Source of the DNA: an uncultured Nitrososphaerales archaeon
Lineage (GTDB): Archaea; Thermoproteota; Nitrososphaeria; Nitrososphaerales; Nitrososphaeraceae
Direction of reading: 5' to 3'
DNA: 64,000 nt
Assembly (NCBI GenBank): GCA_963713605.1
Contig: CAVQMO010000010.1
Location: forward strand, 800,001-864,000
Of this stretch, positions 45,367 through 55,389 are shown in pieces (positions within the stretch are counted from its first letter, which is position 1; each line of letters opens with the position of its first letter). Under the pieces are notes generated by a model, which saw nothing but the letters and a program-made list of their open reading frames with translations, searched no databases and was not told the DNA's origin. The position numbers and the translations under genes were made by a program.

Positions 45367-46965
45367 ATGGTAGACATTTTATCTACACCAATTCTCGTTA
45401 CAACTATACTTGCTGCCGTTGGACTTGGCATTCCAGTTTTAGATGCCCTAAGAAAGGAGCGAGGTGCGAGCAATAACAAGATTTACAGCATGATTGCTTT
45501 TGGCGCGCTCATCCTCTCAATTGGTATCGTTATTTTTAGAGTCCTAAGTGGTGAAGTACTTCCAGCCGTTGCATTTGGTAACGAAGTCCTCGCAGACGAT
45601 ATGTTCGGATCGTTTTTCGCAGTTGCATTCCTCATTGTCTCCATTGTAGTAGCTGCTTCCTCCTGGACTTATATGAAGGGAAAGGCGAATCCGGCGGCTT
45701 ACTACTCCCTATTATTATTATCAACTATCGGAATGGTCCTAATTGGATATTCCACTGATTTGGTCATGCTTTTGGTCGCATGGGAGCTGATGTCCATACC
45801 TACCTATGCTTTGGCTGCTTTTGCGAAGAGGGATCCGATCTCAAATGAGGCAGCTATCAAGTATTTCATGTTTGGGGCCCTATCTTCGGCGATTCTTGTG
45901 TTCGCCATTGGGTTGGTGTACGGAATAACAGGATCAACGAATATAGGAGTTGCAGTCACAACATTTGCTACACTTGGTCCTGAACTAATTCCAGTCGGAT
46001 TGTTAGCTATCGGGCTGTTCCTAGCGGGTTTTGGCTTTAAGATGGGTCTGGTGCCATTTCATATGTGGCTGCCAGATACCTATGAAGGATCACCAACCAC
46101 TATCAGTGCCCTGCTAGCTGCCGGAACAAAGAAGGCAGGATTTGCTGCAGCTATTCGTGTCGTCATCCTTGGAATGTTTGCCTTGAATACGGACTGGACA
46201 TTAACTTTGGCGATATTGGCAGTATTCACAATGACATTGGGCAACCTAGCTGCGATTATGCAAAAGAGTGTTACTAGGATGCTTGCGTATTCAAGTATTG
46301 CCCAGGCAGGCTATATGCTCATAGGTATGGCCTTGGCACCTTACTCTCAAGAGGCCCTCACTGGTTCTCTCTTTCAAATTTTTAATCATGCAGTTATGAA
46401 ATCTACCGCTTTCATTGCTGCCGCATGTGTGGCAGTGGTTCTTGCTAGCTATAGCTTGGAAAAGTATCGAGGCCTTGGCAGGCGAATGCCTATCACTGCC
46501 ATCTGCCTGTCGATCTCGCTGTTGGCATTAGCTGGTATTCCTCCTCTAAATGGGTTCTGGAGCAAGCTGGTGCTATTTGGCGCCGCAATAGATAGTGGTC
46601 CTTTGGTTGAATGGGGGCCCTACCTTGCTATTGCTGGCGTTCTCAATAGTGCACTGTCTCTTGCCTATTATGCTTGGATCATGCGCAAGATGTACATGGA
46701 AGAATCACCTGATATGAGTCGCGTTAAAGAGCCGAGGGCAATGGTAGCAGTATTGATTTTCGGGGCCGTCTTCATGGTAGGATTCGGAATTTGGCACGCC
46801 CCAATCCTTGAATTCGCTTCAGAAGCCCTTCCCAACCTCGCCGAAACAATGACAATCATATCTACAAATTCGACAGGCACTGGTGTTAATGGGGTTCCAG
46901 GAGTTCTTCCACCAATTGCCTCGTCATTTCTGCTTGACTACGCAGAAGGGATCAATCCCAATTAA
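45367..46965 (+). CDS. nuoN: Complex I subunit N
   Basis: EAAIKYF, FK...PFHMW.PD.YEG.P, RMLAYSSI, LAGIPP..GF..K. Confidence 0.92.
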   Translation: MVDILSTPILVTTILAAVGLGIPVLDALRKERGASNNKIYSMIAFGALILSIGIVIFRVLSGEVLPAVAFGNEVLADDMFGSFFAVAFLIVSIVVAASSWTYMKGKANPAAYYSLLLLSTIGMVLIGYSTDLVMLLVAWELMSIPTYALAAFAKRDPISNEAAIKYFMFGALSSAILVFAIGLVYGITGSTNIGVAVTTFATLGPELIPVGLLAIGLFLAGFGFKMGLVPFHMWLPDTYEGSPTTISALLAAGTKKAGFAAAIRVVILGMFALNTDWTLTLAILAVFTMTLGNLAAIMQKSVTRMLAYSSIAQAGYMLIGMALAPYSQEALTGSLFQIFNHAVMKSTAFIAAACVAVVLASYSLEKYRGLGRRMPITAICLSISLLALAGIPPLNGFWSKLVLFGAAIDSGPLVEWGPYLAIAGVLNSALSLAYYAWIMRKMYMEESPDMSRVKEPRAMVAVLIFGAVFMVGFGIWHAPILEFASEALPNLAETMTIISTNSTGTGVNGVPGVLPPIASSFLLDYAEGINPN

Positions 46966-47107
46966 ATGAATGCCCTTTGTGAAAACGTTCTTTAAATAAA
47001 TCTGTGACTTCTACTTTCGATTATATTTAATCAAATTGACCTTAAATGTATAGGCTATCAATATTTAGAAGATGGCAAAACATAACAAGAAAAGAAAAAA
47101 ATTATGA

Positions 47108-47977
47108 TCAGAATACGACACTCATATTAGACAGCCTTTCCAAGTAGCTTTTAGGAAGACTATTTTGTAACTTTCCAAGCTCGTCTTTTGACCTATTAGA
47201 ATAGTCTAGATAAAGATCTTCCATCTCAGTAACGATCTCCGAAGAGGTATTGTTCTTTCTTATCAGAGCATTAAAAAGCCTGTCTTCGTTGTTCCAATCA
47301 ACTAAATCATCATGGATTTGATATGCAATTCCAAGCAAATGTCCGAATGCTGCCATCGAATGGATCTCATCTTCTGTTCCTCCTCCAAGTATGGCCCCTA
47401 TCTTGGAAGATGCTTCAAATAATGAGGCGGTCTTATTCTCCAATACCTGTATATAGTCACGTATGCTAATATCTGGATTCTTTCCCATTTGGATCTCCAT
47501 CATCTCACCCTCTGACATCTTTATCGCGGCTTTAGACAATTCGCCTGAAACTGTTGGATCATTGACTTTTGATCCAATATTAAGTATTATACCCAATACG
47601 AAATCTGCGGTCAAAATGCTGCTGTTATACCCATACTTTACATGGAAAGAGGGTTTGCCTCTGCGCAAATTCTCCTGATCTATTATATCATCATGGATGA
47701 CTGACTCTGTGTGTAAGAGCTCTATTGCTGATGCTGCCAAAAAAATATCATCGGTTAGATTTGAATTATCACGGTTTGAAATCTTGATGCTTTCAGCAGC
47801 TAATAAAAGAATTAAAGGCCTGATTCTCTTACCTCCCTCACAAGCGTAAATTAATGGCCCATAGAACTCTGACCATGAGTATCTGCCCAGCTCGCTCATT
47901 AGCGAGTTGTCGATTTTTGACAGGTAATCTCCGACCAAAGCTAGGACCGGATCTGCTCCTTGATTTCTCTTACTCAA
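47108..47977 (-). CDS. Polyprenyl diphosphate synthase (second trans-prenyltransferase)
   Basis: GGKRIRP, HDDIID...RRG, KTA, YQIHDD. Confidence 0.88.
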   Translation of the reverse strand: MSKRNQGADPVLALVGDYLSKIDNSLMSELGRYSWSEFYGPLIYACEGGKRIRPLILLLAAESIKISNRDNSNLTDDIFLAASAIELLHTESVIHDDIIDQENLRRGKPSFHVKYGYNSSILTADFVLGIILNIGSKVNDPTVSGELSKAAIKMSEGEMMEIQMGKNPDISIRDYIQVLENKTASLFEASSKIGAILGGGTEDEIHSMAAFGHLLGIAYQIHDDLVDWNNEDRLFNALIRKNNTSSEIVTEMEDLYLDYSNRSKDELGKLQNSLPKSYLERLSNMSVVF

Positions 47978-48051
47978 GCCTAAATCAGTGCCTTAGGTAT
48001 CCAATGCATAGGTTCGGTTATTAATGCTTTTTACATATTTCTTTGGAGGTG

Positions 48052-48159
48052 TGCTCCGGCCGGGATTTGAACCCGGGATCTGCGACTCGAAAGGCCGCAA
48101 TGCTTGACCGGACTGTGCACTGGCTTTTGATATTAGCCTAAACTCTACACCACCGGAGC
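48052..48159 (-). tRNA. tRNA-Glu(UUC) with 32-nt non-canonical D-loop intron (48113-48144)
   Basis: Spliced product GCTCCGGTGGTGTAG|TCCGGTCAAGCATTGCGGC-CTTTCGA-GTCGCAGATCCCGGGTTCAAATCCCGGCCGGAGCA folds as a cloverleaf. Confidence 0.9.
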
Positions 48160-48309
48160 ACGTATGACCTGTTTGTGGCTTCCAATAAAATCCTTTCCTG
48201 AGGGAGAAATATTCAACGAGAAAGAACTGGATCTATTTTGGAAATGGTAGCGAAATGATGTAATGACTAAGGATAGGTTTTTCTATAGGTTCCTAAGTAT
48301 TCATTTAAT

Positions 48310-48993
48310 GTGGCGCTAATAATACACTCCTTGGATGATAATATTCAACAGAAGAGTTTGTTGAAACACAAATTCTACCAGCTGTGGTCGGCGGGATCAC
48401 TTTCTATGGAGGACTTGAGAGGGTATTCTAAGGAATATTTTCAATTGGTTAAAGCTGTCCCAGATTTTGTCCGCAATGTACTCGAGCAAGTACCGCTAGA
48501 AGATGAGCAAAATTTTGAACATGTTAATACGATTAAACGTAACTTGGAGGAAGAGATGCAACATGTAGCTCCATGGGTTTCTTTTGCAGAATCAATAGGC
48601 GTAACTCGAAACGACCTATATGATTATGAATGCTCTAAAAAGACCAAAGATGCAGTTCTGAATATGAGCTGGCTGACGCGTAGATCTTTAGCCTCAGGAA
48701 TATCGACTCTGTACACTTTTGAGAAACAGTTACCTGAAATAAGTGCAAAGAAGATCGAAGGACTGGTGAATTTCTATGGTATTCAAAATGATAGGGCATT
48801 AGACTACTTTATGATTCATCAGAAGGTCGATATTGAGCACGCGGAGATTTGGCGTTACTTATTGGAATCGATGCCTGTATCATCTCACAAAACGATTTTA
48901 GACGCTGCCTCAAAGTCACTAATTTACCAGAATATGATATTAGACGGTGTCTGTGAGACTTACCTCCCGGAAAAGCAGCAGTTACCAAATTAA
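48310..48993 (+). CDS. CADD/PqqC-like heme-oxygenase-fold dimetal protein
   Basis: H.FY..W..G.L..E.L..Y...Y, NLEEE..H, YTFE, H..VD..H. Confidence 0.82.
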   Translation: MALIIHSLDDNIQQKSLLKHKFYQLWSAGSLSMEDLRGYSKEYFQLVKAVPDFVRNVLEQVPLEDEQNFEHVNTIKRNLEEEMQHVAPWVSFAESIGVTRNDLYDYECSKKTKDAVLNMSWLTRRSLASGISTLYTFEKQLPEISAKKIEGLVNFYGIQNDRALDYFMIHQKVDIEHAEIWRYLLESMPVSSHKTILDAASKSLIYQNMILDGVCETYLPEKQQLPN

Positions 48994-49473
48994 GTCTAAT
49001 TTCCAATCGCTCAAGTAAAATTTCGTAGCTGGCCTCGCTAACGAAAACGTACAGCAAACAAGGTTTTATGAGCACAAAAAATCTGGTATACGGGACCTAT
49101 TTACTTTCAAGTCAAACTGTGGATGTACTGAAATATTAAATCGGCTACACAAAAAGTAGTCGACAAAATATTTTGTTAGACCGCCATAATTACTGACTGG
49201 ATATTATTAGAATTTGCCACTTTCATGGAAGTAGTAAACTAAAATGTTCTAATAAGATGACAAACCAGGTGTCGGTACGATTCTTAGTAGGACTCTGTAA
49301 AAGCCTAGTCTCATTTCGGTCAGATAAGGGTGAAAGTAACGTCGACTTCTCGTCATATATCAGTCATTTAACCGTCATATTACCGTCGTTTGGCAATTTA
49401 CGCTCATTCAACCCTATGTAATTCAGCATGGGGTGGGCTAATTTTTTTATTTCTCATTCTTTAATAGAGCTCA

Positions 49474-50334
49474 ATGGGCGGAAAGATACCTCAGCCTATA
49501 AAATTGGAGGTCATTAGAAGGTGGTTACGTGGATACTTTAGAGATGACATTGGAACTGTAAGTGGAGTAATACAAGAATGCGGGCATGATGATGAGGATT
49601 TTGGGCTATTGCGAGGAGTAGCTGTAGAACTCAGGGTCCGGGGCATGCAAGTAAAGGACTTTGCGCCCCTATTCAGATTGAAGAGCCTGTTAGAAGAAAA
49701 GGAAGTACAACTCGAAATACATCAGAGCTACAATTTATTCTTTGCATACAAAAAATTTGAATCAATTATCGTGTCCTTAGAAGTACTCTGTTTCAAACAT
49801 GGTATGCCGATGGATCAATTTTTTGAACGCGTTAGAGAACTCTACTTACAACTTGATAGTCTTGGTATTTCCGTAGAAAGATTACCAGAATATTTTGAGG
49901 ATCAGAAAAAAGAGATCCTACGTTTCCAATCTGAAATCAAAAATGAAGTAGAACAGTAAGGAGCGACAATGTATCTCTAACGCGAGTATCAAACTAATAT
50001 GTCGGCATATAGATCTGCAATTAACGAGCCGGAAATAATGACTAAAGAGAAAGATTCATGTCGAAGTGAACTTGATTATATAAGAGAAAAATATCACCAA
50101 AAAGTTTGGGAGACGAAAGAAGGAGGATACGAATTGTATGCCAATCCTGAAGAAGTAAACAAGGCCAAAACGGAACTCAGGTCTGAGATAGGCGGCGATC
50201 ATTATGCTTCCAGATTAAACAATCCGGGTTTAAAGCAGATTGTTCTAGATCTTTATCGCCGTCCTGGTAAATATGTCGAATCGATTAAAAAAATTATTGA
50301 AAATTATGATCTAGTGCACAAACAATCTATCTAG
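49474..50334 (+). pseudogene. Decayed Nitrososphaerales HTH/coiled-coil family gene
   Basis: MGGKIP..IK..VIRRWL.G..RD.I..GTVS HTH-like start with an apparent deletion; split into two ORFs. Confidence 0.5.
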
Positions 50335-50574
50335 CAGTGAAACTATCGTGCTATTAATAAATCAATGTAGAATTCTACCAAGACGTTGAGTATTTTTCTC
50401 AGTCGGTGTAATCTTTCATTTCATTAGCTGTGGTTAGCAATATTCGCTGGTCAAGGATAAACCGTTCTAAACATGCCAGTTTGAAGTTCAAGCTCGACCG
50501 ATATTCTTTTGTAAGAAATGGCACAATGAGGAAGTCAAACATTTTAATATCGAACTACTTTAGGACATTTTTGT

Positions 50575-50648
50575 GGGCCCATAGCTCAGCCTGGTAGAGC
50601 GACCGGCTCATAACCGGTCGGCCAGGGGTTCAAACCCCCTTGGGCCCA
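50575..50648 (+). tRNA. tRNA-Ile2(CAU) (agmatidine-modified type)
   Basis: GGGCCCA/TGGGCCC-A acceptor and ACCGG-CTCATAA-CCGGT arm resemble archaeal tRNA-Ile2 rather than Met. Confidence 0.85.
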
Positions 50649-50661
50649 CTTTAAAGTGGGT
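50640..50661 (+). repeat. attL, 22-bp direct repeat TTGGGCCCACTTTAAAGTGGGT
   Basis: Exact copy at 63769-63790; overlaps the last 9 nt of the tRNA. Confidence 0.9.
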
Positions 50662-50689
50662 TCAAAACGTTTAAAGCTAGGGCGATGCA

Positions 50690-51901
50690 ATGTACATAAC
50701 GTATATGTTCCGGGGTAAGACATTTCAACTCTCGTTACCTGGCCAATCTTATCGTATATTCATTGAGGGTCTCAAGTCCCCAGTCACGAAAGCCGCATAT
50801 AGTTATGCTCTTCGAAAATATATGAACTATCTAAATATTACAAATCCCGATGATTTACTAATCCATCAAGAAAATCCAAAGATTATACAGAATGAAATAA
50901 TCGAGTATTTGATACAGTTGAAAAATCCTCCACACTCATTGCGATATGCCACACGAAGTCAGTACCTGGCGGCAATCATGACTTACTACGAACTACACGA
51001 TGTACCACTAAGCAAGAAAAAAATTTATAGATATCTCGGGGAAGAAGAGAGACCAATTGAGAACAGGGGCTACACCACCGAAGAAATAGCAAAAATGCTG
51101 GAAGTATGTGATGAAAGAGCAAGAGCAATCATTTTGCTCCTCGCTTCAACCGGTATTAGAATTAGAGCTATCATCGATCTAAAACTAGAAGACCTCGTAA
51201 TTATACCCGACTACCGTATGTATCATTTAAGAGTATATTCAGACTCGAACCAGCGATATCTAACTTTTACTACTCCAGAAGCAGCTAAAGCGATAGATGT
51301 TTACCTGAAATATAGAGAAAGATATGGTGAAAAATTAACATCCAAATCTCTGCTTTTTAGAGACCAATTTGATCGAGAAGATGTTGTTTCTATACATGAT
51401 GTTAAACCACTTAAACTCCGAACTGCCGAGCGTCTAGTATCACGTACAGTAGAAAAGTCAGGAATCCGTACAGTAGAAAGAATCACAGAGCTGCATAGCG
51501 AGAAAGGGAAAATTAGAAAGAACGTTAAACTTACAGCAGGATTCAGAAAATTCTTTGATACTCAGCTGATATATGCTAAAGTAGAAAAGCAAACAAAAGA
51601 GCTATTTATGGGTCATAGCATTGGTTTAGACGACCACTATTTTACTCCTGACAATACACATGTACTACATGAATATCTTAAAGCTGTCGACTATCTGACA
51701 ATAAATGAAGAACACCGTTTACGCTTAAAATTAGACGAAATAACCAAAAAGAAAGATGAAATTGAAGTTATGGAACTCAAGCATCGAGAAGAGATTGGAG
51801 ATATCAAACAACAGATGAATCAACTCATGTTTATGGTTCAAAGAAATCCAAGATTGGCAAACATAAAGCCTGAAGTGTTGATAGACAGGAGCTCTATCTA
51901 A
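50690..51901 (+). CDS. Tyrosine recombinase/integrase
   Basis: LLASTGIR (R), TAGFRKFF (xxxR), MGH, HY (catalytic Tyr), C-terminal coiled tail. Confidence 0.9.
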   Translation: MYITYMFRGKTFQLSLPGQSYRIFIEGLKSPVTKAAYSYALRKYMNYLNITNPDDLLIHQENPKIIQNEIIEYLIQLKNPPHSLRYATRSQYLAAIMTYYELHDVPLSKKKIYRYLGEEERPIENRGYTTEEIAKMLEVCDERARAIILLLASTGIRIRAIIDLKLEDLVIIPDYRMYHLRVYSDSNQRYLTFTTPEAAKAIDVYLKYRERYGEKLTSKSLLFRDQFDREDVVSIHDVKPLKLRTAERLVSRTVEKSGIRTVERITELHSEKGKIRKNVKLTAGFRKFFDTQLIYAKVEKQTKELFMGHSIGLDDHYFTPDNTHVLHEYLKAVDYLTINEEHRLRLKLDEITKKKDEIEVMELKHREEIGDIKQQMNQLMFMVQRNPRLANIKPEVLIDRSSI

Positions 51902-52728
51902 CCACTTAATCTTTTTGCTAATTTAGCCCTATATCTCCATTTCTTAATAGTATTTTCGAACTGTTCCATATGTTCTGAAGATCGCTGCCGGTAATCTCTA
52001 ATATCGGCCATCCATTTTAGAAATGTATCTTTCAATTCTTTATCGGATTTGAGAATTATCGTTAAAAAGTCAATTGGTCTTTGGACATAGATTTCATTAT
52101 TCTCATCGTCAACAGTATCTCTGTAGTCTATATCTCTCTCCTCCCCGAGAAAATGCCTACCTCCCTCCGTATAATCCAAAAATTTATTTCTTGCCAGATT
52201 AATATAGAATAAGAAAGTTACTTCGCTGGCTAACGCTTTTTCAATTATTAATAATTCGGAATCATAGACTAATTCGAGATGCTGATCGACCAGGATCGAC
52301 TTCTTGTTATCTTTTAACTTTTCTACAAACTTACCAAGATCTGCATATTTTAGTAGAGCTGCTAGTTCATTCTGTTTTTGTTCCAGGAATAAACTTGTTT
52401 GCTCTCGCTGTTGTCCATCACCACGATTCGGAGATATGTCTGAATCGTTTTTTTTGTCGCCATGATCCAGAACCACCGATAGACCCCGATACAACTCGAA
52501 CAGTCTTGCGGTTGTGTGAAATGCTATTTCTCCCATAGTCTCTTGATATTCTTTAACACCTCCAAGTGTTACACTAACTGATCCAAGTCTTACAGCGCGA
52601 GTAAACTCGTCTACTGTATTTTGATACAATACCGCCAAAAACCATCGGTACGCATAATGCATTGTCTTTGTGAGAAGCGCCCATTTTCCAAAAATTAATG
52701 GTAGTTTGTCGGCATAGTTTCGGGACAT
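51898..52728 (-). CDS. Hypothetical protein, probably 5'-truncated
   Basis: 276 aa ORF convergent with the integrase. Confidence 0.55.
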   Translation of the reverse strand: MSRNYADKLPLIFGKWALLTKTMHYAYRWFLAVLYQNTVDEFTRAVRLGSVSVTLGGVKEYQETMGEIAFHTTARLFELYRGLSVVLDHGDKKNDSDISPNRGDGQQREQTSLFLEQKQNELAALLKYADLGKFVEKLKDNKKSILVDQHLELVYDSELLIIEKALASEVTFLFYINLARNKFLDYTEGGRHFLGEERDIDYRDTVDDENNEIYVQRPIDFLTIILKSDKELKDTFLKWMADIRDYRQRSSEHMEQFENTIKKWRYRAKLAKRLSG

Positions 52729-53329
52729 CTGATCATAAAATTCTGCTAAATCTTCGTATTTTCGTAGTAGTCAATTAAAGTTGGTTCGAATTGCTTTAGG
52801 ATTTTCCTATCGCTAATGAACTTTTCATTGATTAAGAAGCAAAGCCATTCAATATCATTGAAGATACGATAAACCCATTGCTTTCGAGAGATGTCATATT
52901 CAGAACCAGGGGGGTATTTTATCTAACTCAACCTCTGCATCTCTCCAAGAAGACGTGATTATGTTCGTCTGTGTGATTTGATTGTAGTTTCTTCGAACGC
53001 CTAAACGTTATGACAGTGTAGAATAATGCTGCCTGCATATATCCCGGCTGCAATAATTTGAATGTAATCTGACGTTGTTATGACAACCATGCCCTACCTA
53101 CCGAAAGAGTCTGAGTCATTGAAAGGAATGGCAGATTGGGAATTCGTAATAAATTGTTCTGTATAGTAATGTACTAGATGTTAAGTGCAACCACCTATGT
53201 ATGTAGAACCTGTCGATCAAGATTTCAATTGATAAAGGTGTTCCCGACGCAAGATGATGCAAAGTTCTGTCCATATTGTGGACATACAACTGTCGAACCT
53301 CATCAATTCATCTTTTGTTAGAAAATTTG

Positions 53330-53553
53330 TTAACTTTCAGAAGAGACATAGACGGATGTTGCAATGGACTTATACATTGATGTCTAAGAGGTTAATTAAG
53401 ATCCATCCAACATTGCAGAAGCTAGTAGTGTCTCTACGTACTGCAGTGGTATCAGACGAATGGAAGCTGGACAAACAACAAACATCGCATGATGATATAC
53501 TTGATGCATTTAGGCTTGCTCTATGCAACTATGAGCCTCCAAAGAATCTCTGA
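53330..53553 (+). pseudogene. C-terminal fragment of a terminase-large-subunit-like gene
   Basis: IHP...KL..SLRTA...LDK..TSHDDILDAFRLAL. Confidence 0.55.
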
Positions 53554-54536
53554 TTATACTATATCACTACGTGACGGCCACTATATAGTTGATACATTCA
53601 ACCACGATAACGGCAATAGAAGGAGTGTGGAGATTAAATCAGAGTCGTGGGTTCAATTACAAGAAAGAATTCGTGACGCAGCTAGCCTTTGCCTATCTTC
53701 TGCATCTTTTATCTATACCCACAAATCTCTAAATTGTATATTACAACCTATTCAATTTTCTTTAAACCTGTGACAATCGCACTCACATGTGCTTTTACTA
53801 TTATCGCATGCTCTATGATCTTTTGCTATGCATGTAAGGGATAAATTAGGTATTGGAATTGGCCACCTATCTCTTTAATCTCAATGCTACCTAATCTATT
53901 TTCCTTTACAGTTTAGCTCTAGCGTTTCGTCGAGCCACATACACAATTTTTGTAGGAATGTATAGCTATATGCTCCATCCTTATCTTCTGATTTTCATAC
54001 CCCTTCTAGGCATGATTCATCATAACATACCTTTGGCTCTTCTATTTGTTCTTTTATTGCCTGTTGTAATTCCGGTTGTAACATACTCGGGGTTTTAACA
54101 TGGTTACATGTAACGCTGTTACAACCACATTACTGTTCGTTTGCCAATGCACAAGCAGCAAACGTAAGCAGAGCCACTGGAATACCGCTCAATACAATTC
54201 AGACCCTCATCCAACTAGATATTGAGAGAAACAGAATTGAAAATCTTGGAAGTTAATACTGGAAGTTAATACTGAACTAATAAGACAATATCCAGAAGTT
54301 TATTCTGAGTATACCTTTGATACTATAAATGTGCAAAGAGGTGAAAGTTAACTTGGAAGTGATAGTGTCGTTATTTGTGTCATTCTTAATAGTAAGTGTA
54401 GGAATATTGGGTTATTCTCTGTTAAGAACTGAGAAATGAAATTTTGCTTAAATGTCACTCCCCTCGTCCTACTAGATGCATTCATTCAGTGATCAGTAAT
54501 ACTAAAGAATAAAGATTAATAGACAGTTAAGGTAAC

Positions 54537-54914
54537 ATGACTGACGCTGAAAGGTAAAGAAGATACTATATTCACTATTTTTCTTTTTCATTGCTGGTCT
54601 ATGTGAAATTGGCGGAGGTTACCTTGTATGGCTATGGCTTCGTGAAGACATGAGTTGGGTACTTGGTGCCATCGGTGGGTTTGTCTTGTTTTTATATGGT
54701 ATAGTGACCTACTCTCCAACCTTCTTATTTTCACAGAATATACACAGCTTATGGAGGCGTCTTTATTGTAATGGCTCTGTTATGGGGCATGCTCTTTGAG
54801 AATATCATTCCTGACTTTTATGATATATTGGGAGCCATAATAGCAATCGTTGGGATAGTCATAATATTTTACGTTCCTAGGAGAGGAGAAGAATCACTAT
54901 GGCAGAAAGCATAA
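54537..54914 (+). CDS. YnfA-family small membrane protein, copy 1 (two indels)
   Basis: [17 protein letters not shown] ... R.Y.AYGG.FI read across frames. Confidence 0.75.
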
Positions 54915-55258
54915 TCACGAATAGCCTAGCATTAAACATAGTTACAAGTATCATATTGTTCTTTGTTGCAGCAATTGCTGAAATTGGAGGTGGTTACCTT
55001 GTATGGAAATGGTTACGTGAAAGAAAAGGAGTTGTGTTTGGTCTGTTTGGTGGAGTCATTCTATTCATTTATGGTATCATTCCCACACTGCAACCAGCTA
55101 ACTTTGGAAGAGTCTATGCTGCTTATGGTGGAATCTTTATTGTATCTGCAATTATATGGGGATTTTTTGTAGACAAGAAGAAGCCAGACAGATATGAAGT
55201 CATAGGTTCATTGACTGCTATTCTAGGTGCAATCATTATATTCTACGCTCCAAGATAA
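54899..55258 (+). CDS. ynfA: YnfA-family small membrane protein, copy 2
   Basis: [30 protein letters not shown]. Confidence 0.9.
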   Translation: MAESIITNSLALNIVTSIILFFVAAIAEIGGGYLVWKWLRERKGVVFGLFGGVILFIYGIIPTLQPANFGRVYAAYGGIFIVSAIIWGFFVDKKKPDRYEVIGSLTAILGAIIIFYAPR

Positions 55259-55389
55259 GATAGTAATGAGCGGTTACCCCCCCCATATAACAAACCACCA
55301 TATGTGCCACTAATTATAAAGTAGTATGACTGTAATAGTATACTAGTAATCCCCTTGACAGACGTTTCCTTGCAAGAAAAGATAAACGT

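Noticed and set aside
35843..46965. Absence of nuoEFG and M-before-L order as a novelty
   Set aside because: This is the established arrangement in AOA complex I.
50575..50648. tRNA-Met call for the CAU tRNA
   Set aside because: The GGGCCC acceptor and anticodon arm fit archaeal tRNA-Ile2, and there is no initiator A1-U72 or triple G-C signature.
54247..54274. 13-bp tandem duplication TGGAAGTTAATAC
   Set aside because: Two copies inside a decayed gene remnant; ordinary slippage.
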